64,000 bases of DNA from an uncultured virus (IMG/VR IMGVR_UViG_3300010234_000006) (Duplodnaviria; Heunggongvirae; Uroviricota; Caudoviricetes). Numbering within the stretch: position 1 is the first letter of the stretch; each line of letters starts with the position of its first letter. Made by a program: the position numbers and the translations under genes. Shown here piece after piece: positions 56,578-64,000 of this stretch. The stretch lies in the IMG/VR virus record IMGVR_UViG_3300010234_000006, one strand, 5' to 3'. A model generated the notes under the pieces. It made no database searches. It had not been told where the DNA came from and saw only the letters and a program-made list of their open reading frames with translations.

Positions 56578-56954
56578 CACTTCTTCCCTCTCGTTGCCAC
56601 GCAGATCACCTCTGACAGGCGCTTCCACTCGGACTTGAGCCTCTCGGGGAGGTGCCTCCCCTCGGAGCTCTTCCTGTCGAATGCTGCAAGAAGGTATACA
56701 GGACATCCCAGCATGGGTGCGAACACGTAGTAGACCCTGAGCGCTCCGCCCTTGCCCTTTCCTGGTATCGGCCAGCGTATCTGGCGCACCGACCCGATGA
56801 TGGGCTTTCCTGACTCGGGGCGCTGGCTGAGCTCGCCAACAAGCGCGTCGATGTTCTCTTCAGATTTGAACCTCTGAAGGCTCGACTCGAACTTCGGCGT
56901 AAATACTACTGTTCTGTAGCCTGAGGCGGCTTTGTCTTCCCTGTGATCGTCCAT
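56577..56954 (-). CDS. RelE/HigB-family toxin-like protein
   Basis: FTPKF...PESGKPIIGSVRQIRW...GKGKGGALRVYY...VYLLAAF. Confidence 0.8.
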   Translation of the reverse strand: MDDHREDKAASGYRTVVFTPKFESSLQRFKSEENIDALVGELSQRPESGKPIIGSVRQIRWPIPGKGKGGALRVYYVFAPMLGCPVYLLAAFDRKSSEGRHLPERLKSEWKRLSEVICVATRGKK

Positions 56955-57250
56955 GGATAGATCCTCCGGCGTCTATCCATATCTTACGCACGGAATGGCT
57001 CTCGTCCAAATCAGGCGATTCAGTAGGGGACTCCGTCCCCTCCGTCATCCAACCAGTCGGCGATGACCTGGGTGTCCTTGTCTGTCATCTGGAAGAACCC
57101 ACACCTGATCGACTTGCATGTGAACACCGTGACCGACTTTGTCTTGTCTTCATTGTGGATTATGGACTTCTCCGCCCACCTCCCATCAATCTCGACCCTG
57201 TCTCCACTGCCGAGCTCCGTGAGTCTTGCCGCCGTGTCCACCTGCTCCTC

Positions 57251-57817
57251 CTAGACCCACAACTCGAAGTACGGGTCGTCTTGGCTCCATTCACCGGAGC
57301 CCGTGTGTTCGAATCCCATCTCGTCCAAGAGTCGGGCCATGTTTGGGTTCACCACCCAGGCCTCGAGCCTCACGGGCCTGCCGTAGCTCAGGGAGACCTG
57401 CCTGTAGTGCTCGACCAAGGCAGCCACGAGTCTCGAGCCAACGCCGCGCCGTCGCATCTTCGGGCTCACCACCGCGCTGAAGCGAACGAGCAGCATCTCA
57501 TCGTTCTCACCGGGACTCCCGGCGAACATGGAGCCAACGACGTCGCCCTCTTCGGTGATGCATGCGTAGAGAGGTTCCTCGTACGATGAAAGGTTGATCC
57601 CCGCCTCGGTGAATAGCTCCTCGGCGGCGTTGACGATCTCCCAGTAGTCCGCGGCCCCTGGATATTCGTCGTACTCCCATCCCCCGTCATCGATCGCGTG
57701 AATGCTGCAGCTTGGCATTTTTCCCTCCTCGAGCGCGGCATCATCACTCCCGCGACCGAGAATGGCAAGCACAACGCCTCCTGCAAGAAGGGATGCTGCA
57801 ATTTTCCAGACCTTCAC
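57251..57817 (-). CDS. GNAT acetyltransferase with N-terminal membrane leader
   Basis: VVSPKMRRRGVGSRLV; NPNMARLLDEMGF; leader KVWKIAASLLAGGVVLAILG. Confidence 0.8.
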   Translation of the reverse strand: MKVWKIAASLLAGGVVLAILGRGSDDAALEEGKMPSCSIHAIDDGGWEYDEYPGAADYWEIVNAAEELFTEAGINLSSYEEPLYACITEEGDVVGSMFAGSPGENDEMLLVRFSAVVSPKMRRRGVGSRLVAALVEHYRQVSLSYGRPVRLEAWVVNPNMARLLDEMGFEHTGSGEWSQDDPYFELWV

Positions 57818-58632
57818 ACTTCCTCCTGGCATCCGATCTCATCGCCAATGAGGTAGCTCCAGAGCTTCTCGTTGAATCTCTCCGTTGCCTCGCCAGTGCT
57901 CATTACGATGCTGGGATCTCCCTTGCTCATAGCGTAGACGAAGTAGCGCTTGATGTCCCGAGCGGCGCTTATCGACTTCGGGCTCGCAGCTCGAACGAAG
58001 AACTCGCGCACACCGTATGGGACATTCGTCGGCGTGTCGGCCTTTGTCGCCGCATTGTACAGGGCGATGAAGTCATCTCTCGCATCCGACATGGTCTTCT
58101 TGCCCACAGCTCCGATAGCGTACTGGCGAATCACCTCAGCGAGCTGCTGAGTTGGCTTGAAGTCTTCCTCGTACTCCTCGACGATGATGTCGTGCATCTC
58201 ATCGGCGAGGTCTGCGAGGAAGAGACCTGCGTGCCGCTCTGACCAGCAGAGCTTCGCTCCGCGAAAGTACATGGTCTGGTACAGGGCCGGAGGTCGCAGG
58301 TCAGATGCCTTCAGGGGGCGAATCTCGATGTGGCTGAAGCCGTCGATGGCGTCGTAGGGCTTTCGGTATTTCGAACCGCCTGCCTCCGCGAGCTTTCGCT
58401 CTTGGAGCATCATCATCTTGGCTATCTCTCTCGCCGCATCGTGGTCCCCACGTCGAACAGCCTCCCTCATGGCGCCCTGGCCCGCCTCCCCGAGGGGGTC
58501 CGAGCTTGCGTCGAGCATGAGTCGCTCGAGCTGAGGAGCTCGACTCACCTTGTCGTTCCCTCCGGACGAGAGAAGGGCCGCGGCTCCCACCGCAGCCCCA
58601 AGACCTAGTATGACCTTTGTGCTGTTCTTCAT
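57814..58632 (-). CDS. N-terminal-leader protein (LCW..R motif family)
   Basis: MKNSTKVILGLGAAVGAAALLSSGG; GAKLCWSERHAGLFLADLA. Confidence 0.75.
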   Translation of the reverse strand: MKNSTKVILGLGAAVGAAALLSSGGNDKVSRAPQLERLMLDASSDPLGEAGQGAMREAVRRGDHDAAREIAKMMMLQERKLAEAGGSKYRKPYDAIDGFSHIEIRPLKASDLRPPALYQTMYFRGAKLCWSERHAGLFLADLADEMHDIIVEEYEEDFKPTQQLAEVIRQYAIGAVGKKTMSDARDDFIALYNAATKADTPTNVPYGVREFFVRAASPKSISAARDIKRYFVYAMSKGDPSIVMSTGEATERFNEKLWSYLIGDEIGCQEEV

Positions 58633-58653
58633 CGAGGAATCCGTTTCTGTTTT

Positions 58654-59181
58654 TTACCAGAGGGTGGGCTCGCCCATTCCTATGAGGTAGATCGTGTCGG
58701 CAACCCACGATTTGATGATCGATGGCGCTTTGGAGGAAAGGCGCTTTCCGGGATCTCCCCACGCATCCTGCATCAGCTCAATCTGTCTCTGCAGGACTGC
58801 AGAGACACGATCCAGATCCTGCCTGGGAAGCTCACGAAGAACGCGCGAGAGGTGCTTCATTATTTGATAGACACGCTCGCTCTCGCTTGCACTCTGATTG
58901 TAGTCCTGCTCATCATCGAGGGCATCTTCGATGACCATGAAGAGGTCGGAAAGGAGGAACGATGAAATTTCATCGGCCGACATTTCCATGCCGGACGAAG
59001 CTGCAGCGAACGCAGGGTTTGAGCGAGATGCGACAAACCTATCAACCATCCGCTGGTTCGCCTCTTCCTTCTTGTCCTTCTCCCCGCCATCTTCGGCCTT
59101 CTTTCCCTTTCCGCCCGAAGCTGCGGCGGCAATGGCCGCAATCGCAGCCGCTCCGAGTGCCAGTTTTGTTCCTGTCTTCAT
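58654..59181 (-). CDS. N-terminal-leader protein
   Basis: MKTGTKLALGAAAIAAIAAAASGGKGKK. Confidence 0.75.
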   Translation of the reverse strand: MKTGTKLALGAAAIAAIAAAASGGKGKKAEDGGEKDKKEEANQRMVDRFVASRSNPAFAAASSGMEMSADEISSFLLSDLFMVIEDALDDEQDYNQSASESERVYQIMKHLSRVLRELPRQDLDRVSAVLQRQIELMQDAWGDPGKRLSSKAPSIIKSWVADTIYLIGMGEPTLW

Positions 59182-59192
59182 TTTGAAATCCC

Positions 59193-60143
59193 TTAATTCT
59201 TGCGACGCTTGATCGCGTAACCAATGCCCAGGGCGACGGCAAGCAAAGCGATTGCAACGCCCGCGCCTCCGCCCTTCTTCTTTTCTCGAGCTCCGGCGAA
59301 TTGAGGGCGGCGCGCGGCCGGCTCAACGCCCTTCTTCACCTTCTCTTCGGACTCGGCATAGGACTCGATCTGTTCGTTCACGAACTCGTCGGAGCCAGCG
59401 AAGTCGAACGTCTGACCTTCTTCGCCTCCCCAGTCGTAGCCAGAGAAGTCGAACGTCTGCGCTTCCTCGACGGGCGCGCCTTCGGCAGCGAGAGCTTCCG
59501 CCACCCACGCCTCGCTCTCTTCTGCGAAGTCGAACGTCTGCGCTTCCTTGAGTCCTCCAGCCGCAGCCTTGATGCGTGCCCATGCGCTCTTCAGCGCGTT
59601 GATGACGGACTCCTTGCGAGCGCCGAGCACTGCAGGGTCGAACGTTCGAGAAGCCTGGTCGACAAAGGCCTCGGAGGGCTCGTCGCTGGTGGCGAGGACT
59701 TCGGCAGCCTCGGCCGAAGCCTGTGGAGCTCGGGCTGGAATGTCGACGTAGTAGACCACCTTCGGGAGGTTGTCTGAGCCATCGGAGCTTCGTTTGTAGG
59801 CGACCAGGAACCCATCGGCGACCAGTCGGTCTCGCTGGTTCATGAGGTCGACGGCCTTGTCGAAGATCCCCTCTTCGTACACGAGATCTCGCGCGAGCAG
59901 GTCGAGGTCCTCGGCAAACTCCGGCGTGGTGCTCACATCTTCACCGTGGGTGACGAGCGGGCCCATAGCTGCGAAGTACATGAGGACACCCTCCTCCTGC
60001 GCGCTCGCCATGGCGTCCTTGTCGTCGCTACCTCGTGCGAGAAGGAATGCTCCGTATGCGTGGTTGAAGCCCTCCTGTGCCGCGGCGCGGTCGCCCTGAA
60101 CGGCCTTGTTGAAGACGGTGGTGGGTACGATGTTGACTGCCAT
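59193..60143 (-). CDS. Tail-anchored membrane protein, GD..GP family, with QTFDF repeats
   Basis: KAVQGDRAAA...YFAAMGPL; C-terminal VAIALLAVALGIGYAIKRRKN. Confidence 0.8.
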   Translation of the reverse strand: MAVNIVPTTVFNKAVQGDRAAAQEGFNHAYGAFLLARGSDDKDAMASAQEEGVLMYFAAMGPLVTHGEDVSTTPEFAEDLDLLARDLVYEEGIFDKAVDLMNQRDRLVADGFLVAYKRSSDGSDNLPKVVYYVDIPARAPQASAEAAEVLATSDEPSEAFVDQASRTFDPAVLGARKESVINALKSAWARIKAAAGGLKEAQTFDFAEESEAWVAEALAAEGAPVEEAQTFDFSGYDWGGEEGQTFDFAGSDEFVNEQIESYAESEEKVKKGVEPAARRPQFAGAREKKKGGGAGVAIALLAVALGIGYAIKRRKN

Positions 60144-60470
60144 TTATGGATCCTCTTCTTCGTCGGAGACATCGATGTCGATGAACTCTTCTATCTGGAT
60201 GTCGCCCGAGGGGGATTTTATCCCGACGGCCTCGAGGGCGAGGTTGTGTCCCATCTGCGCGAGATGTAGGAACTTATCGAGCGACGCTTGTCCGAGGATG
60301 TACCCAACGGACACGAAGGCGTTCACTGCGATCAAGGAGCAAAGGATGGCGGTCTGATGGGCGCCCGGGGGCACAGTGATGAGCACCAGCACCATGAGGA
60401 CCTTCCAAAGGAAGCTATCCGTCATGAACGCGATGAACTTCTTCGACTGAAGCGGGCTCTTCTTCTCCAC
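60144..60470 (-). CDS. Holin-like small membrane protein
   Basis: LQSKKFIAF; two TMs; GYILGQASLD. Confidence 0.55.
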   Translation of the reverse strand: MEKKSPLQSKKFIAFMTDSFLWKVLMVLVLITVPPGAHQTAILCSLIAVNAFVSVGYILGQASLDKFLHLAQMGHNLALEAVGIKSPSGDIQIEEFIDIDVSDEEEDP

Positions 60471-60702
60471 CGTTCCACTCTTGCTTCATCTCATCCCAGC
60501 TCTTTCCAAATCTGAGCTGAAGGATTCGATCAACACGTGCGCTGTCCGACTCACTCATGGAGCCGATCACCCTGTCTATCATAAGGGTGATCCGACTCGT
60601 TGCACGCTTTGAACAGCTCATGGCTGTAGGCTTCGCCTCACTGCTAATCATGCTCGAGATGACTCGAAGCATGTTCGACTCGGTCTGCTCACGTTCCGTC
60701 AT
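60415..60702 (-). CDS. Hypothetical protein
   Basis: GAAGGAG RBS. Confidence 0.5.
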   Translation of the reverse strand: MTEREQTESNMLRVISSMISSEAKPTAMSCSKRATSRITLMIDRVIGSMSESDSARVDRILQLRFGKSWDEMKQEWNGGEEEPASVEEVHRVHDG

Positions 60703-60814
60703 TGCGATTCTCCTTCGCGATTCTTCCTCTCATCATTCATCATAGGCCATGGTACTGCTCGAGGTGTCAGTTCCTGACAAGGGCATGTCGATTTTTCATT
60801 TTTAGGAGAAGACA

Positions 60815-61504
60815 ATGAAATACCTGCTCTTAGCACTTCTTGCGGTCGCCTACGCCGAGGTCGTCGGATACATTCTGCACAGGTTCCTGCACCTCCCGCC
60901 GTCGTGGTTCGAGCGCCACCGCCTCTTCAGGCCTCTCAGATTCGTGACGCTCTCGCACAGCGCGCACCATGCGCTCTCGTATGGGCCGCGGATGAAGCAG
61001 AGGCCTCCCGGCGACTACAGCTTCGTTCGCCACCCCGAGGACGTAGGGCTCGTGAAGAAGCTCGGCTTTCTTCTGCCAGAGTTCTCCATCCCCGCCATCC
61101 CCTTCCTCGCCCAGTACGTTCTGAGCCTCTGGGCCGTGGGCCTCATCTGGGTAGACATCCTGTTCTGCATCGGGGTCACCGGGGCTTGGGTGGCGTTCGC
61201 CTTCCTCTATATACACGACACCTTCCACGTGAGGAGTCACTGGCTCACAGAGGTGCCCGTATTCGGTTACTGGTACAAGCACATGCGCAGAGCACATGAC
61301 CATCACCACACCATCATCGAAGGCTCGGCCACGCCGTACAACTTCGGGATCCTCCTCCCCGTCGACAAGATCTTCGGAACCTGGAAGGAGAAGGAATCGG
61401 GCCTCGTCATCGACGAGCTCACGGGGGCTGTTGTATCTACTCCCTTTGCACCTCAAGAGTACGACGCCTACTATGACGAGTATCGATTGGAAGAGCCCAA
61501 GTGA
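60815..61504 (+). CDS. Fatty acid hydroxylase / sterol desaturase superfamily protein
   Basis: His boxes HRFLH, HSAHH, HDTFH, HDHHH; NFG; TM segments. Confidence 0.85.
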   Translation: MKYLLLALLAVAYAEVVGYILHRFLHLPPSWFERHRLFRPLRFVTLSHSAHHALSYGPRMKQRPPGDYSFVRHPEDVGLVKKLGFLLPEFSIPAIPFLAQYVLSLWAVGLIWVDILFCIGVTGAWVAFAFLYIHDTFHVRSHWLTEVPVFGYWYKHMRRAHDHHHTIIEGSATPYNFGILLPVDKIFGTWKEKESGLVIDELTGAVVSTPFAPQEYDAYYDEYRLEEPK

Positions 61505-61513
61505 GAGAGAACG

Positions 61514-62023
61514 ATGATACGAGAAGACACACGCCTTACAGCGCTCGAGTCCGGAGACTCACCCTTTCGCTATGAAGGGGATGTCAGTGGGGACTTTGAC
61601 TGGTTGAGGCTTCACGCACCAGGGAGTCCTCGAGGCAGCCTTGAGATTATCAGCAAGTCAACCGGAGCCGTTGTCGCGGTGCTCCCGGCAGTCCATGTCG
61701 CAAACGAAGGAGGTTCGAGCCTTGCCGTAGCAGGGGATTGCCGAATTCGATATGTCTCCGAAGAGGCCTTCCCTGAAGACTCGACCATCGCGCTTGAGTG
61801 GAGGCCGGCAGACCTCTCGTTCGAGAGATACGCTGACATGTCGGACATGGCCCCAACAGCCCTCGAGGACCTCGAGTACTTGCTCGACAAAGACGAGCTG
61901 TTCGAGCTCTACTCCGACGGCACGACGCACCCATTCATGTGTGTCTGCTGCAAGACGCGCCTGAAGGCTGGCGAGCCGTGCCACAACCACGAATGCCCGC
62001 TTTCCCCCAGCGACGACACCTGA
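61514..62023 (+). CDS. Beta-rich protein with C-terminal zinc finger
   Basis: CVCC...CHNHEC. Confidence 0.55.
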   Translation: MIREDTRLTALESGDSPFRYEGDVSGDFDWLRLHAPGSPRGSLEIISKSTGAVVAVLPAVHVANEGGSSLAVAGDCRIRYVSEEAFPEDSTIALEWRPADLSFERYADMSDMAPTALEDLEYLLDKDELFELYSDGTTHPFMCVCCKTRLKAGEPCHNHECPLSPSDDT

Positions 62024-62095
62024 GCTGGCAGCCCGTGGCTCTCCTCGTGTAGCATCTGCCTTGGCGGTGTTGGGTGTTCCGGGAGAGTGAAAGAG

Positions 62096-63133
62096 ATGGC
62101 TGTACGCCTGCGAGGAAACGGTAAATACACGGCGAAGATCCAGTCGATCGTCGCCATTGCGTTCGACGACGCCGCGGACAGGGACGGCTACTCCGACCTC
62201 GCCCCGATGGATGTCGGCATCATCGGAAGACAGCTCGACGATGATTCGTACTGGCTTCTCCAGAGCGTCTCCCCCATCGCGTGGGTTCCGCTCATTGGGC
62301 TGGCCGCGGGCGGCGCACCCCTGAACGTCACCGGCTCAACCGTGCTCACGAAGGACAGCCCGACCCTCGTTGTGATGGACCTGGGCCTTGGGGACGTAGA
62401 GGTTCAGCTCCCAGAGCTCTCCACCGTTCCGGACGGACGTTCTTTCATCTTCCTCACCAGGAATATGACCCTTCCGAACGTGCCATCCATCGCAGCGAAT
62501 GCTGTTGACCAGAGCTTCATTCCTCCATTCCCCTTGGACGCTGGAAGCAAGGTGAACCTCTCCGGCTTCTACCAGCAGACCATCACGTTCCTCAAGACGA
62601 CCATCAGCGGGCAGCCCTTCTGGCGTTCCATCAATTTCAGCCAGATATACGTTCAGGGGCTTGGCTCAGATGACGGCATCACTCCAGATGTGCCGACAGC
62701 TTCCGATGGGCACATGCAACAAATCGGCAGCCAGGCTATCGTCATCTCTGCGCCGGGCGCGTGGACAGACTGGTCCACTGGTGCGGCCGTCTCCGTCACG
62801 GGAGATCCCTACGTCGAGGACGACGGTGCAGGCGGATTCAACATCAAGAGGATCGGCCTCGGAAGGTACCGCGTGAAGGCTCGGGCCATATTCACAGGCA
62901 ACGCAACGAGCGTTGCATCCATGAGGATCATTCTAGGGGTTGGAAAGAATCCCGTTCCCGGAACTGAGTCAGCCAGAACCATTGTGGTAGGAGAGAATCT
63001 CATTGAGTCAGAGGCATTCGTCTATCTCAACGGGGCGATAAGCTCTCCGGTTCGCGTTCAGTTCTCGACCGCCGACGGAACAGATCTCACGACGGAAGAG
63101 TGCAACCTCTGGATCGAGCGCTCCGGAAACTAG
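62096..63133 (+). CDS. Fibre/spike-like receptor-binding protein candidate
   Basis: MDVGIIGRQLDDDSYWLL...W module; VEVQLP...DGRSFIF; C-terminal GRYRVKARA beta sandwich. Confidence 0.55.
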   Translation: MAVRLRGNGKYTAKIQSIVAIAFDDAADRDGYSDLAPMDVGIIGRQLDDDSYWLLQSVSPIAWVPLIGLAAGGAPLNVTGSTVLTKDSPTLVVMDLGLGDVEVQLPELSTVPDGRSFIFLTRNMTLPNVPSIAANAVDQSFIPPFPLDAGSKVNLSGFYQQTITFLKTTISGQPFWRSINFSQIYVQGLGSDDGITPDVPTASDGHMQQIGSQAIVISAPGAWTDWSTGAAVSVTGDPYVEDDGAGGFNIKRIGLGRYRVKARAIFTGNATSVASMRIILGVGKNPVPGTESARTIVVGENLIESEAFVYLNGAISSPVRVQFSTADGTDLTTEECNLWIERSGN

Positions 63134-63260
63134 CCAGAGCAGCTCTCGATTGCGAAGAAGACTCCGAGCGCGACGACCGTTATGATGCATCCGAGAAGGA
63201 ATCCCCAGATGTCTTCGTTTGGTTCATGCATGATTTGACACCTTGCCACACGGGGGCCGA

Positions 63261-63671
63261 ATGGCACAACCCATAGAAAAGTGGGCCGTGAACTGGAGTC
63301 CAAAGATTGACGAGAGACTGCTCTCAATCGCTCGAACAATCCGACCCGTCAACGCAGCCATGCGCTCGGGAAGCACAATCATCGGACCGTGGGTGATCAA
63401 GGTGTCCGTCAGCCCAAGCATTGAAGCGAATGTTGAGAGGTGGGTCTTCAGCTTCTCCCCCTACAAGAGGAAGAGCAGGTGGTCCCAGTCGGACGCCTGG
63501 ATGCTCGGGATGATCGTCTCTCGCATTCCGGACGACCGTGCACATTCGGAGAGGATGATTCGAAACTTCCACAAGCACGGAAAGGCCAACTCTGGCTACA
63601 AGTGGTCTTTCGACGTTCCGCTCGGCGAGCTCTTGCGGTGGAGAGGGTTGCTCGAGTCCTTCGCGGCCTAG
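63261..63671 (+). CDS. Hypothetical protein
   Basis: ORF convergent on the last gene. Confidence 0.45.
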   Translation: MAQPIEKWAVNWSPKIDERLLSIARTIRPVNAAMRSGSTIIGPWVIKVSVSPSIEANVERWVFSFSPYKRKSRWSQSDAWMLGMIVSRIPDDRAHSERMIRNFHKHGKANSGYKWSFDVPLGELLRWRGLLESFAA

Positions 63672-64000
63672 ATGCCGATGGACCGCTCGACACGGTCTGC
63701 ATTCATGAGCCACGAGTCAATGCGAGACACCGCAGCCGCAGCATCCGCTTGACGGCCTTCAGACTCAAACTTCTTGAAGTTCATGGCAGCCGCCGTGGCC
63801 GAAGCCCGTCGCTTCGCAGCGCCCGATAGCTGTCCTGCCAGCTTCGCGAGAGCGCCATCCTCGGGAAGGACTGCTTCCAGGGCCTCTGCCTCTTCCTCGT
63901 AGGCGAGCCACATCTCTTTGATGTCCTTCAGAACAGATACTTCCGACGCGAGGAGCTCTTCTCTGCTCGCAGCTTGCGCCACCATGTTTCTGTAGAGGCG
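63668..64000 (-). CDS. Helical protein, C-terminal part (open to window end)
   Basis: Frame stays open upstream of MVAQ (RLYRN) to 64000. Confidence 0.6.
   Translation of the reverse strand, partial: RLYRNMVAQAASREELLASEVSVLKDIKEMWLAYEEEAEALEAVLPEDGALAKLAGQLSGAAKRRASATAAAMNFKKFESEGRQADAAAAVSRIDSWLMNADRVERSIGI

Larger units (their letters stand above)
1..64000. mobile_element. Bacterial virus / phage-plasmid-like genome (tailless, membrane-protein-rich)
   Basis: Dense short coupled ORFs; phage-type genes (VRR-NUC, HNH, DUF5661-like, DNA MTase, HU, holin-like, fibre-like); no housekeeping operons. Confidence 0.85.

Noticed and set aside
63235..63263. TTGACA upstream of 63261 as a promoter
   Set aside because: No credible -10 element at 16-18 bp spacing
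1..64000. Very frequent CTCGAG/GAGCTC/TCGA words as a dispersed repeat signal
   Set aside because: Explained by CTC (Leu) and GAG (Glu) codon preference; not counted formally
1..64000. tRNA, rRNA, reverse transcriptase/DGR/retron, tyrosine integrase, IS transposase
   Set aside because: No cloverleaf, YxDD or R-H-R-Y signatures or template/variable repeat pairs noticed by eye; dedicated scans were not run

Overview
This window looks like most or all of a gene-dense, GC-rich bacterial virus or virus-like episome with about 115 mostly minus-strand genes, many translationally coupled. The host is probably Myxococcota or related Deltaproteobacteria, judged from a myxobacterial-type Cys-rich sigma4 protein, Cys-rich lipoproteins and heavy CTC-GAG codon use. 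I recognise no tailed-phage hallmarks (terminase, portal, HK97 capsid, tail tube, tape measure) and no DNA polymerase, helicase, primase or packaging ATPase. The two flanks (1-21 kb and 52-64 kb) instead encode more than 25 single-pass membrane proteins in two classes. The first is a paralogous family with a 'GD+xAA...xAxxGP' domain, mostly tail-anchored. The second carries a shared N-terminal basic/Gly-Ala-rich hydrophobic leader fused to unrelated cargo domains (ECF-like sigma factor, GNAT, SAM methyltransferases, a triplicated unknown domain). These sit with a Cys-rich beta-rich capsid candidate, three fibre/spike-like proteins, a membrane-anchored lysozyme-like enzyme, a histone-H1-like protein paired with a very acidic protein, and a fatty-acid hydroxylase. 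The middle (22-51 kb) is an early/replication region: C5 DNA methyltransferase, VRR-NUC, an RHH replication-initiator candidate containing about 11 iterons and an AT-rich tract, one intact and one degenerate serine recombinase, a CsrA-zinc ribbon fusion, HNH, HIT and HU, with a repeated promoter/operator motif. My main hypothesis, which is inference, is a tailless membrane-containing virus that replicates as a plasmid and loads protein cargo into its lipid membrane through a common leader. All family calls come from motif recognition by eye; no searches were run.
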